DNA from: an uncultured Lachnospiraceae bacterium
Lineage (GTDB): Bacteria; Bacillota; Clostridia; Lachnospirales; Lachnospiraceae
Direction of reading: 5' to 3'
Length of the DNA stretch: 42,930 nt
Assembly (NCBI GenBank): GCA_964604605.1
Contig: CAZSAF010000001.1
Location: forward strand, 1-42,930
The position numbers and the translations under genes are program-made. Below the pieces are notes generated by a model. The model was not told the origin of the DNA. It worked only from the letters and a program-made list of their open reading frames with translations, and made no database searches. This document shows, in pieces, positions 9,182-18,594 of this stretch (positions are counted from its first letter, which is position 1; every line of letters starts with the position of its first letter).

Positions 9182-11791
9182 ATGGTAGCGCATGACCAAT
9201 CACGGGAGGAACTTCTTCAGAAGCTCCAGACCAATCCCAGCACAGGCCTGACCGGAAAGCAGGCCGAAGAACGCCTGGCCCAGTACGGGCCCAACCAGCT
9301 CCGGGAGAAAAAGAAAAAGACCAATTTCCAGCGGTTCCTGGAGCAGTTTAAGGATGTTATGATTGTGATCCTGCTCATAGCGGCGGCCATCTCCTTTGTG
9401 ATCGCCTGCACCGAGGGGGATCCCATGGAGTTCTTTGAGCCGGGGCTGATTCTGCTGATCGTCATCCTCAACGCCGTCATGGGCGTGGTGCAGGAGAGCA
9501 AGGCGGAGAAGGCTCTGGACGCCCTGAAAAACATGTCTGCCCCCCATGCCCGGGTGATCCGGGACGGGGAGGAGCGTCAGATTGACGCTTCCCAGCTGGT
9601 GCCGGGGGACTTTGTGCCGGCGGACGCCCGGCTGCTGAAGAGCGCCAGCCTCAAGAGCGAGGAGTCGGCCCTGACCGGTGAGTCGGTGCCCTCGGAGAAG
9701 AGCGCGGAGGAGGTGGTGGAGGAGAAGGCGCCCTTGGGGGACCGGACCAACATGGTGTTTTCCGGGTGCAGCGTCACCTATGGAACCGCCACGGCGGTGG
9801 TCACTGGAACCGGCATGGACACGGAGATGGGCAAGATTGCCGGGCTGCTGGAGGGGGCGGACGATGGCCAGACGCCGCTGCAGCAGAAGCTGGCCCAGCT
9901 GGGGAAATTCCTGGGCTTCCTGGCCCTGGGCGCCTGCGCCATCATCTTTGTGGTGGGCATCCTCAGCGGCATGGAGGTGCTGGAGATCTTCATGACGGCG
10001 GTATCCCTTGCGGTGTCAGCCATCCCGGAAGGGCTGCCGGCCATTGTGACCATTGTGCTGGCCATCGGCGTGCAGCGGATGGCCAAGCGGAACGCCCTGG
10101 TGCGGCGGCTGCCGGCGGTGGAGACCCTGGGAAGCGCCTCGGTGATCTGTTCGGATAAGACCGGCACCCTGACCCAGAACCGGATGACCCTGGTGAAGGC
10201 CTGGACCGAGGGGATGGAGGAACCGGAGGCCATTGGGCCGGAAAACAGCGAGAGCATCCGGCAGCTGCTGCGGTACGGCACCCTGTGCTGTGACGGCACG
10301 GTGACTTTTGGCCCGGACGGGAAAGAGCAGCACCTGGGGGATCCCACGGAGACCTCCATTGTGGTGGCGGCCCACAAAAACGGCATGGAGCAGGAAGCGC
10401 TGAAGAAGGAGTACCCGCGGCTGGCGGAGATCCCCTTTGACTCGGACCGGAAGCTGATGACCACGGTGAACCGGGTGGACGGGAAGAACCTGGTGATTGT
10501 CAAAGGTGCCTTTGACGTGATGGCGGACCGCTGTGTGTCCGGGGACGTGGAGCGGGCCCGGCAGGTCAACGACGCCATGAGCGCCGATGCCCTGCGGGTG
10601 CTGGCAGTGGGCTATAAGGAGATTGAGGCGGTGCCGGAGGAGGCCACGCCGGAGGCCCTGGAGAACGGCCTGACTTTCCTGGGCCTGGTGGGGATGATCG
10701 ACCCGCCGCGGCCGGAGGTGAAGGACGCGGTGACGGTGTGCCGCCGGGCGGGCATCAAGCCGGTGATGATCACCGGGGACCATGTGGTGACGGCCTCGGC
10801 CATCGCCCGGGAGCTGAGGATCCTGCAGGAAGGGGACCAGGCCATCACCGGGGCCCAGCTGGACGCCATGACGGATGAGCAGCTGGACCGGGAGGTGGAG
10901 CGCATTTCCGTGTACGCCCGGGTATCGCCGGAGAACAAGATCCGGATTGTGCGCGCCTGGCAGCGGAAGGGCCAGGTGGTGTCCATGACCGGGGACGGCG
11001 TCAACGACGCACCGGCGCTGAAGGCGGCGGACATTGGCTGTGCCATGGGCATTACTGGTACGGACGTGGCCAAGGGGGCGGCGGATATGACCCTGACGGA
11101 CGACAACTTTGCCACCATCGTGGATGCGGTGCGGGAAGGCCGCGGCATCTACGCCAACATCCGCAAGGTGGTGGGCTACCTGCTGGGGACCAACATCGGC
11201 GAGGTGCTGACGGTGTTCCTGGCCATGGTGCTGTGGCGGAAGACGCCGCTGATCTCCATGCAGCTTTTGTGGATCAACCTGGTGACGGACAGCCTGCCGG
11301 CCATTGCCTTGGGCATGGAGGCGGTGGAGCCGGATGTGATGGACCAGAAGCCCAAGCCCAAGGATGAGGGGATTTTTGCCCATGGCCTGGGGCTGAAGGT
11401 GTTCATCCAGGGCGTCATGTTTGCGGCCCTGACCCTCATTGCCTTTGTGCTGGGGGAGCGGACCATCGGCAGCGAGGCGGGCGGCCAGACCATGGCCTTT
11501 ACGGTGCTGGCGCTGGTGCAGCTGGTCCAGTCCTATAACATGCGGTCGGAGCATTCCCTGTTTAAGATCGGGCCCTTCAGCAACCGGAACCTGAACCTGG
11601 CATGCCTGGTTTCCCTGATTCTGGTGCTGGTGGTGCTGTTTACCCCGGCGCGGATTGCCTTTGGGCTGGTGGCGCTGCCCACGGAGCTGTACCTGGAGGC
11701 GCTGATCCTGATTCTGGTGCCCATTGTGGTCATGGAGTTTTCCAAGGCGGGGGGACTGATCCGGCACCATTCCGCCGATAGCAAAAAATAA
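9182..11791 (+). CDS. P-type cation-transporting ATPase (type IIA, Ca2+/Mn2+-like)
   Basis: TGES, PEGLP, DKTGTLT phosphorylation site, GDGVNDAP and WINLVTD motifs. Confidence 0.93.
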   Translation: MVAHDQSREELLQKLQTNPSTGLTGKQAEERLAQYGPNQLREKKKKTNFQRFLEQFKDVMIVILLIAAAISFVIACTEGDPMEFFEPGLILLIVILNAVMGVVQESKAEKALDALKNMSAPHARVIRDGEERQIDASQLVPGDFVPADARLLKSASLKSEESALTGESVPSEKSAEEVVEEKAPLGDRTNMVFSGCSVTYGTATAVVTGTGMDTEMGKIAGLLEGADDGQTPLQQKLAQLGKFLGFLALGACAIIFVVGILSGMEVLEIFMTAVSLAVSAIPEGLPAIVTIVLAIGVQRMAKRNALVRRLPAVETLGSASVICSDKTGTLTQNRMTLVKAWTEGMEEPEAIGPENSESIRQLLRYGTLCCDGTVTFGPDGKEQHLGDPTETSIVVAAHKNGMEQEALKKEYPRLAEIPFDSDRKLMTTVNRVDGKNLVIVKGAFDVMADRCVSGDVERARQVNDAMSADALRVLAVGYKEIEAVPEEATPEALENGLTFLGLVGMIDPPRPEVKDAVTVCRRAGIKPVMITGDHVVTASAIARELRILQEGDQAITGAQLDAMTDEQLDREVERISVYARVSPENKIRIVRAWQRKGQVVSMTGDGVNDAPALKAADIGCAMGITGTDVAKGAADMTLTDDNFATIVDAVREGRGIYANIRKVVGYLLGTNIGEVLTVFLAMVLWRKTPLISMQLLWINLVTDSLPAIALGMEAVEPDVMDQKPKPKDEGIFAHGLGLKVFIQGVMFAALTLIAFVLGERTIGSEAGGQTMAFTVLALVQLVQSYNMRSEHSLFKIGPFSNRNLNLACLVSLILVLVVLFTPARIAFGLVALPTELYLEALILILVPIVVMEFSKAGGLIRHHSADSKK

Positions 11792-11871
11792 ATTTGCCGC
11801 TCTCTGCAGGTGACTTTTGCGTCCGCCGGAATCCTCTGGGGGAAAAACAGGGAAAAGGGGTCAGTTTTCCC

Positions 11872-11900
11872 TTGCATCCCCTGGGGGAACGTGCTATACT
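11872..11900 (+). promoter_or_regulatory. Sigma70 promoter of the folate operon
   Basis: TTGCAT (11872-11877), 17-bp spacer, TATACT (11895-11900) with extended TGn. Confidence 0.7.
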
Positions 11901-11944
11901 ATGGGCACAAAAGCATAAATTTCACAATCAAGGCGAGATGTGTT

Positions 11945-12041
11945 TGCAAAATAGGATTTCATGCGTTAAGTGTTCCATGGATGGGGAGTTGCCATGGAAA
12001 CGAAAAGCCTGTCTTACGGTATGGAATCCGCACCCGTTGCA
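11945..12041 (+). ncRNA. THF riboswitch aptamer
   Basis: Matches THF-class landmarks: UGCA..UAGG, AUGCGUUAAGUG, GGAUGGGGAGUUGCC, AACGAA, GGUAU, CGCA-CCCG-UUGCA. Lies directly upstream of folE. Confidence 0.88.
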
Positions 12042-12085
12042 GAGAAGAAGAGACCCAATCCGTGGGGTTAATACAGTTTGCCTTG

Positions 12086-12128
12086 CAATTCCCCGTATTT
12101 ATTCTGAAGACGGGGAATTGTTTCTTCT
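12086..12128 (+). terminator. Riboswitch expression-platform terminator
   Basis: CAATTCCCCGT-N13-ACGGGGAATTG followed by TTTCTTCT. Aptamer segment ATGGGGAGTTGC (11981-11992) can pair with the 5' arm as an antiterminator. Confidence 0.8.
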
Positions 12129-12175
12129 GCGGCAGGTGTAAACGTCCGGACAGGCAGAAAAGAGGCAGAGATAGC

Positions 12176-12733
12176 ATGGTAGACAGAGAAAAAATTGAAC
12201 AGGCAATCCGGCTGTACCTGGAAGGGATCGGCGAGGATGTGAACCGGGAGGGGCTGGTGGAGACGCCGTCCCGCATTGCCCGGATGTGTGAGGAAGTGTA
12301 CGGCGGTATGGATGAGGATGCGGACGTGCACCTGTCCAAGCAGTTTACGGTGGACAACAATGAGATGGTGCTGGAGAAGGACATCACCTTCTACTCCATG
12401 TGTGAGCACCACCTGCTGCCCTTCTACGGAAAAGCGCACATTGCCTACATTCCCAACGGCCGGGTGGTGGGCCTGAGCAAGCTGGCCCGCACCGTGGACG
12501 TGTACGCCCGCCGGGCCCAGATCCAGGAGAAGATGACCACCCAGATTGCGGATGCCCTGGAGCGGAACCTGAATCCCCTGGGCGTCATGGTGGTGGTGGA
12601 AGCGGAGCACACCTGCATGACCATGCGGGGCATCAAGAAGCCCGGCAGCAAGACCATGACCACGGTGATCCGGGGCGCTTTCCGGGAGGACCGGGAGCTG
12701 CAGAAAATGGTATTGGACATGGTAAGGGTGTAA
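12176..12733 (+). CDS. folE: GTP cyclohydrolase I
   Basis: CEHH, GLSKLAR, QIQE and [11 protein letters not shown] motifs. Confidence 0.95.
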   Translation: MVDREKIEQAIRLYLEGIGEDVNREGLVETPSRIARMCEEVYGGMDEDADVHLSKQFTVDNNEMVLEKDITFYSMCEHHLLPFYGKAHIAYIPNGRVVGLSKLARTVDVYARRAQIQEKMTTQIADALERNLNPLGVMVVVEAEHTCMTMRGIKKPGSKTMTTVIRGAFREDRELQKMVLDMVRV

Positions 12734-12758
12734 GCCCTTTACCGGAAAGGAAAAATTT

Positions 12759-13289
12759 ATGGAACGGGTGAACCGGATTTGGAATCATCCGCTGTATCAG
12801 CAGAATTTCCGGCTGCTTCTCTCCCTGGAGGCGGACCGGAAATTTTGCCGTCATGGGCTGGATCACTGCCTGGATGTGGCCCGTCTGGCCTGCCTGTATG
12901 AGTGGGAGGCAGGGCGGCGGCCGGACCGGGAGCTGATCTACGCCGCGGCCCTGCTCCACGACCTGGGGCGGGCCCGGGAGTACCGGGAGGGAATCCCCCA
13001 CGATCAGGCCAGCTGGGAGCTGGCGGCCCGGATTCTGCCGGACTGCGGATACAGCGAACAGGAGCAAAAGGAAATCCTGGAGGCCATCAGCGGCCACCGG
13101 GGCGCGGGGGCGCCGTCGAAAGAGGGCGAACCGGGGAGAGCCGGCATCCCGCAGGGCACAGCCATGGACCCGGGCCTGGGCGCCCTGCTGTACCGGGCGG
13201 ACAAGGAATCCCGCTGCTGCTTTGCCTGCCCGGCGGAGCCGGAGTGCCATTGGAGCGAGGAAAAGAAGAACCACGCCATTACACGGTAG
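12759..13289 (+). CDS. HD-domain hydrolase within the folate operon
   Basis: HCLDVAR, AALLHDLGR, HR and ADK HD pattern; lies between folE and folP. Confidence 0.8.
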   Translation: MERVNRIWNHPLYQQNFRLLLSLEADRKFCRHGLDHCLDVARLACLYEWEAGRRPDRELIYAAALLHDLGRAREYREGIPHDQASWELAARILPDCGYSEQEQKEILEAISGHRGAGAPSKEGEPGRAGIPQGTAMDPGLGALLYRADKESRCCFACPAEPECHWSEEKKNHAITR

Positions 13290-13332
13290 CGCAGCCACAC
13301 AGGAAAAGCGGCTGTGCAGGGAGGACAAAAAG

Positions 13333-14148
13333 ATGCGAATTGGAACCAAGGAGTTTGATACCACCCATGGAGCCTACATCATGGGGATTTTGAATGTGAC
13401 GCCGGATTCCTTCTCCGATGGGGGGCAGTGGAATCAGCTGGACGCGGCCCTGGCCCATGGGGAAGCCATGGTGCGGGAGGGGGCGGCCATCCTGGACGTG
13501 GGAGGAGAGTCCACCCGCCCGGGGCATCAGCAGATCTCGGAGGAGGAGGAGATCGACCGGGTGGTGCCGGTGATCCGGGCGCTGAAGGAGCGGCTGGACG
13601 TGCCGGTTTCCATTGACACCTACAAGGCCTCGGTGGCGGAGGCGGCCCTGGCGGCCGGGGCGGACCTGGTCAACGATATCTGGGGCCTCAAGTACGATTC
13701 TCGGATGGCGGAGGTGATTGCCGCCCACGGGGCGGCCTGCTGCCTGATGCACAACCGGGAGAAGCCAGAGTACCGGGACCTGATGCCGGAGCTGCTGGCG
13801 GACCTGCGGGAATCCCTGGAGCTGGCGGACCGGGCGGGGATTCCCCGGGATCGGATTCTGCTGGATCCGGGGATCGGCTTCGGCAAGACCCGTGAGCAGA
13901 ACCTGGAGGTGATCCGGCAGGTGGGCCAGCTGCGTTCCCTGGGCTGCCCAGTGCTGCTGGCCACCTCCCGGAAGTCGGTGATCGGCCTGACCCTGGACCT
14001 GCCGGTGGACCAGCGGGTGGAGGGGACCATTGCCACCTCGGTGATCGGCCTGATCCAGGGATGCTCCTTCTTCCGGGTTCACGACGTAAAGGAAAACCTG
14101 CGGGCCATCCGGATGGCCCAGGCCATTGGATTTTACACGGAAGCGTGA
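13333..14148 (+). CDS. folP: Dihydropteroate synthase
   Basis: MGILNVTPDSFSDGG, GGESTRPG, DPGIGFGK, SRKS and RVHDV motifs. Confidence 0.95.
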   Translation: MRIGTKEFDTTHGAYIMGILNVTPDSFSDGGQWNQLDAALAHGEAMVREGAAILDVGGESTRPGHQQISEEEEIDRVVPVIRALKERLDVPVSIDTYKASVAEAALAAGADLVNDIWGLKYDSRMAEVIAAHGAACCLMHNREKPEYRDLMPELLADLRESLELADRAGIPRDRILLDPGIGFGKTREQNLEVIRQVGQLRSLGCPVLLATSRKSVIGLTLDLPVDQRVEGTIATSVIGLIQGCSFFRVHDVKENLRAIRMAQAIGFYTEA

Positions 14149-14161
14149 GAGGAGAAAGGTT

Positions 14162-15001
14162 ATGGATCGGATTCATATTAAAAACCTGGAGATTTTTGCC
14201 CACCACGGCGTGTTCCCGGAGGAAAACACCCTGGGACAGAAATTTGTGGTCTCCGCCACCCTGTACACGGACACCTCCGGGGCGGGCCGCACAGACGACC
14301 TGACCCAGTCCATCCACTATGGGGAGGTGAGCCAGCAGATTCAGGCCTTTGTGGCGGGCCACACCTTCCAGCTGCTGGAGCGGGTGGCGGAGGAGCTGGC
14401 GGAGGAGCTGCTGCTGACGGTGCCCCGGCTGGAGCAGGTGGACCTGGAGGTGAAAAAGCCCTGGGCCCCGGTGGGCCTTCCCTTGGAGACCGTATCCGTG
14501 GAGATTACCCGGGGCTGGCACACGGCTTATGTGGCCCTGGGCTCCAACCTGGGGGACCGGGAGGCTTACCTGAACGGGGCGGTGCAGGCCCTGGAGGAGA
14601 CCCGGGGCTGCCGGGTGGAGCAGGTATCGGCCTTCCGGGATACGGCCCCCTACGGCTACACGGACCAGGGGGAATTCCTCAACGGCTGCCTGCGTCTGCG
14701 GACCCTGCTCTCCCCCCTGCGGCTGCTGGACCGGCTCCATGAGATTGAGCAGGCGGCCCACCGGGAGCGGAAGATCCACTGGGGCCCTCGGACGCTGGAT
14801 TTGGATATTGTTCTGTACGACGATGCGGTCATTGACCTGCCGGAGCTGACGGTGCCCCACCGGGATATGCAGAACCGGGATTTTGTGCTGTATCCCCTGG
14901 AGGATATTGCCCCCTGGGTGCGGCATCCGGTGCTCCGGAAGACGGTTGCGGAGCTGGCGGAGGAGCTGCGGGCCGCCGGCGGGCGTGTGGAGGAGGGGTG
15001 A
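14162..15001 (+). CDS. folBK: Bifunctional dihydroneopterin aldolase / HPPK (FolB-FolK fusion)
   Basis: N-terminal HHGVFPEE, HYGEV, LLERVA, KKPWAP (FolB); C-terminal ALGSNLG, FLNG, WGPRTLDLDIV, PH...RDFVL (FolK). Confidence 0.93.
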   Translation: MDRIHIKNLEIFAHHGVFPEENTLGQKFVVSATLYTDTSGAGRTDDLTQSIHYGEVSQQIQAFVAGHTFQLLERVAEELAEELLLTVPRLEQVDLEVKKPWAPVGLPLETVSVEITRGWHTAYVALGSNLGDREAYLNGAVQALEETRGCRVEQVSAFRDTAPYGYTDQGEFLNGCLRLRTLLSPLRLLDRLHEIEQAAHRERKIHWGPRTLDLDIVLYDDAVIDLPELTVPHRDMQNRDFVLYPLEDIAPWVRHPVLRKTVAELAEELRAAGGRVEEG

Positions 15002-16617
15002 CAGTGAAGGAGATTTTGGATTTCGGTCCGGATTTTGCCGAGTATCTGCGGGATGAATCCCGGAAAACCGGCACGGCCCAGAGCATTTCCTTCCCGGAGA
15101 CCGAGGAGGAGGTGCGGGAAATCCTGCGGGAGGTCTGCAGACAGAAGCTGCCGGTGACCATCCAGGGCAGCCGCACGGGCCTGGCCGGGGCCGCGGTGCC
15201 GCTGGGGGGCCACATTTTGAATCTGAGCCGCATGAACCGGGTGCTGGGCATGGAGCAGGAGGGGGACCGTTTCCTCCTCCGGGTGCAGCCGGGGCTGATC
15301 CTTTCCCAGCTGTGGAAAGGGCTGGAGGAGCGGAGCTTTTCCACCCAGGGCTGGAGCCAGGAGGAACAGCAGGTGTACACCCGGTTCTGCCGGGCTCCGG
15401 AGCAGTTTTTCCCCACAGACCCCACGGAGACCTCCGCCAGCCTGGGCGGCATGGCGGCCTGCAACGCCTCCGGGGCCCGGAGCTTCCGGTACGGGGCGGC
15501 CCGGAACCATATCCGGGGGCTGCGGATGGTGCTGACAGACGGGGATGTGCTGGCCCTGTCCCGGGGGCAGTTTGCCGCCCGGGGACGGCAGCTGCAGATG
15601 ACCACCCTGGGCAGGAGGAGGCTGGAGGTGCCTCTGCCCACCTACCGGATGCCGGCGACCAAGAACGCCTCCGGCTACTATGCGGCGGATGACATGGACG
15701 CGGTGGATTTTCTGGTGGGATCGGACGGCACCCTGGGGGTGATCACGGAGCTGACCCTGGAGCTGCTGCCGCTGCCGCCGGTGATCTGGGGCGTCAGCTG
15801 CTTTTTTGCCCGGGAGGAGCAGGCAGTGGCTTTTGTGCGGCAGGCCCGGGAGCAGGTGGCCTTCCTGGCGGCCCTGGAATATTTTGACCGGGGCGCACTG
15901 GACATCCTCCGCCGGGAGAAGGAGCAGAGCACAGCCTTTGCGGGCCTGCCCCGGCTGCCGGAGCCGGAGAAGGCCGGGGCCTGCGTGTACGCGAAGTTCC
16001 ACTGTGGGACGGAGGATGAGGCCCTGGAAGCCCTGTACCACCTGGGACGGGTGCTGGAGGAGACTGGCGGTAGTGAGGAGGAAACCTGGGTGGCCCGGAC
16101 CCCTCTGGACCGGGAGCAGCTGCAGTTTTTCCGCCACGCGGTGCCGGAGAGCGTCAACCGGTGGATTGATGAGCGCCGGCGGACGGAGCCTTCCCTGACC
16201 AAGCTGGCGGCGGACATGTCCGTACCGGACGACTGCCTGGAGCAGGTGGTGGCCCTGTACCGGGAGGGGCTGGCCCGGTACGGCCTGGAAAGCGCTATCT
16301 GGGGCCATATCGGCAACAATCACCTGCACGTGAACATCCTGCCCCGGAACCGGGAGGACTACCGGAAGGGCAAGGAACTGTACCGGCAGTGGGCCGGACA
16401 GATCACAAGAATGGGCGGCGCGGTGTCCGCGGAGCACGGTGTGGGGAAATTGAAGGCCGAGTATCTGGAGGTCATGTACGGCCCGGACCATATCCGGGAG
16501 ATGATCCGGGCCAAGGAGGCCTTTGACCCGGATTTCCTGCTGGGCCGGGGAAACCTGTTCCCGCCGCCGGCGAGGACAGATCAGGAGGTGTGCCATGCGG
16601 ATTCTGGTTTGTGTTAA
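14998..16617 (+). CDS. FAD-linked 2-hydroxyacid dehydrogenase (GlcD/LctD-like)
   Basis: GSRTGLAG, SLGGMAACNASG, GSDGTLGVITE, GHIGNNHLH and SAEHGVGKLK motifs; GTG start overlaps the folK stop (GTGA). Confidence 0.88.
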   Translation: MTVKEILDFGPDFAEYLRDESRKTGTAQSISFPETEEEVREILREVCRQKLPVTIQGSRTGLAGAAVPLGGHILNLSRMNRVLGMEQEGDRFLLRVQPGLILSQLWKGLEERSFSTQGWSQEEQQVYTRFCRAPEQFFPTDPTETSASLGGMAACNASGARSFRYGAARNHIRGLRMVLTDGDVLALSRGQFAARGRQLQMTTLGRRRLEVPLPTYRMPATKNASGYYAADDMDAVDFLVGSDGTLGVITELTLELLPLPPVIWGVSCFFAREEQAVAFVRQAREQVAFLAALEYFDRGALDILRREKEQSTAFAGLPRLPEPEKAGACVYAKFHCGTEDEALEALYHLGRVLEETGGSEEETWVARTPLDREQLQFFRHAVPESVNRWIDERRRTEPSLTKLAADMSVPDDCLEQVVALYREGLARYGLESAIWGHIGNNHLHVNILPRNREDYRKGKELYRQWAGQITRMGGAVSAEHGVGKLKAEYLEVMYGPDHIREMIRAKEAFDPDFLLGRGNLFPPPARTDQEVCHADSGLC

Positions 16618-17377
16618 ACAGGTGCCCTCGGGCACCCAGGTGCGGCTGGACCCGGAAACCCGGACCATGATCCGGGACGCCCGCCAGTCGGTGCTGAACC
16701 CCTTTGATTCCTACGCGGTGGAGGAGGCGGTGCGGATCAAGGAAAAGCTGGGCGGGCAGGTGACGGTGCTCAGCATGGGCATCCCCTCCACGGAGCGGCT
16801 GCTCCGGGATACCATGGCCCGGGGCGCAGACGAGGGAATCTTGCTCAGCGACCGGGCCTTTGCCGGCGCGGATACCCTGGCCACCTCCTACACACTGGCG
16901 GAGGGCATCCGCCGGCTGGGGGACTTCTCCCTGATCCTCTGCGGCCGTATGGCGGTGGACGGGGATACGGCCCAGATCGGGCCGGAGCTGGCGGAGCAGC
17001 TGGGGATTCCCCATGTGACGGAGGTTTGCCGGATTGTCTCCCTGGATGAGCGGGAGGCGGTGGTGGTGCGGGAGGCGGAGGGCGTGCGCCTGACCCTGGC
17101 AGTGTCGCTTCCGGCGCTGCTCACTGTAAGCCGGGAGATCAACCAGCCCCGGCTTCCCTCCCTGGCGGGGATCCGCCGGGCCGAGCACGGTTCGGTGCAG
17201 GTCTGGGGAGCGGCAAAGCTGCAGGCGGATACGGCGCGGACCGGTCTGGCCGGCTCCCCCACCAAGGTGGTGGAAACCTACGTGCCGGAGCGGGAGCAGG
17301 AGTGCCAGTGGATCACGGGAACAGCGGCAGAGCAGGCGGCGGAGGTGCTGCGTATCTGGAAGGAGAAAAAGCCATGA
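16595..17377 (+). CDS. etfB: Electron transfer flavoprotein beta subunit
   Basis: VCVKQVP, NPFD, FAGADTLAT, GRMAVDGDTAQIGP. Confidence 0.93.
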   Translation: MRILVCVKQVPSGTQVRLDPETRTMIRDARQSVLNPFDSYAVEEAVRIKEKLGGQVTVLSMGIPSTERLLRDTMARGADEGILLSDRAFAGADTLATSYTLAEGIRRLGDFSLILCGRMAVDGDTAQIGPELAEQLGIPHVTEVCRIVSLDEREAVVVREAEGVRLTLAVSLPALLTVSREINQPRLPSLAGIRRAEHGSVQVWGAAKLQADTARTGLAGSPTKVVETYVPEREQECQWITGTAAEQAAEVLRIWKEKKP

Positions 17378-18594
17378 CAAAAGAGACGGAGAAGCGGCAG
17401 GAGGAGACCGGACTGGTCGTTGACCGCCATCGCTGTGTGGGCTGCGGGATCTGTGCCTCTGCTTGCCCTTTTGGGGGCATTTCGGTACAGAACGGTACGG
17501 CGGAAACCAACGGGGCCTGCACCCTGTGCGGGACCTGCGTGGAGCTGTGCCCGGTGGAGGCCCTCTCCATCCGCCGGGCCGAGCAGGAGGCGGAGGCCGG
17601 GTATCAGGATATCTGGGTGTTTGCGGAGCTGGCAGGGGGAGAGAGGCTGGCGCCGGTGGTGCGGGAGCTGATGGGAAAGGGCCGGCAGCTGGCGGACGCC
17701 CGGGGCTGCCGCCTGGCAGCGGTGCTTCTGGGCGGGGCCGGTTCCTTCCGGGAGACGGAGCTGATCTCCCTGGGGGCGGATCTGGTCTACCTCTGCCGGG
17801 ATGCCCGCCTGGCAGAACCCCTGGAGCAGCCTTACGCCCAGGTGCTGTCCGGGATGGTGGAACGGTTCCGGCCGGAGGTATTCCTCTTTGGCGCCACCAG
17901 CTTTGGGCGCTCCCTGGCGCCCCGGCTGGCAGCCCGCCTGGGAACCGGGCTGACGGCGGACTGCACGGAGCTGGCCATGGGGGAGGACGGGCTGCTGCGG
18001 CAGACCCGGCCGGCCTTTGGCGGCAACCTGATGGCCACCATCCTGTGTCCGGTCCGGCGGCCCCAGATGGCCACCGTGCGTCCCGGAGTCTTTGCCCCGG
18101 CGGTTCCGGACGCCGGCCGGTCCGGCCGGGTACGGGAGTTCCCGCTGCCGGAACTGCCCTCCCGGGTAACCATCCGGGAGCGGACGGAGCTGCCGCCGGT
18201 GGAATCCATTGCCGGCGCTTCGGTGCTGGTGGTGGCCGGCAGGGGAATCGGCAGCCGGAAAAACCTGGCCCTGGTCCAGGAGTTTGCCCGCCGGATTGGC
18301 GCGGCCTGGGGCTGTTCCCGTCCATTGGTGGATGCCGGCTGGTGTGAACATGCCCACCAGGTGGGCCAGACCGGCTGCAGTGTGGCGCCTCGGCTGCTGA
18401 TCAGCCTGGGGGTGTCCGGGGCCGTGCAGCATCTGGCCGGCATCCGCCGGGCGGAGACGGTGGTGGCGGTCAACACGGATCCCCAGGCGCCGATCTTTCA
18501 GGTGAGCCAGTATGGAATTCAGGGGGACTGTGTGGAGATTCTCCGGGAATGGCTGCGGCAGCTGGATTCCGCTGTCGGATCAGGCGTCCTGTAA
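17374..18594 (+). CDS. etfA: Electron transfer flavoprotein alpha subunit with N-terminal 2x[4Fe-4S] ferredoxin domain
   Basis: CVGCGICASACP and CTLCGTCVELCP; TGLTADCT, RPAFGGN, QVGQTG, GVSGAVQH, NTDPQAPIF. Confidence 0.92.
   Translation: MTKETEKRQEETGLVVDRHRCVGCGICASACPFGGISVQNGTAETNGACTLCGTCVELCPVEALSIRRAEQEAEAGYQDIWVFAELAGGERLAPVVRELMGKGRQLADARGCRLAAVLLGGAGSFRETELISLGADLVYLCRDARLAEPLEQPYAQVLSGMVERFRPEVFLFGATSFGRSLAPRLAARLGTGLTADCTELAMGEDGLLRQTRPAFGGNLMATILCPVRRPQMATVRPGVFAPAVPDAGRSGRVREFPLPELPSRVTIRERTELPPVESIAGASVLVVAGRGIGSRKNLALVQEFARRIGAAWGCSRPLVDAGWCEHAHQVGQTGCSVAPRLLISLGVSGAVQHLAGIRRAETVVAVNTDPQAPIFQVSQYGIQGDCVEILREWLRQLDSAVGSGVL

Noticed and set aside
845-18432. Many long antisense or alternate-frame ORFs (for example 845-2401, 6181-7770, 10016-11770, 14656-16668, 16472-18325)
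   Set aside because: They shadow recognisable genes, lack motifs and RBSs, and are expected in high-GC DNA with few stop codons.
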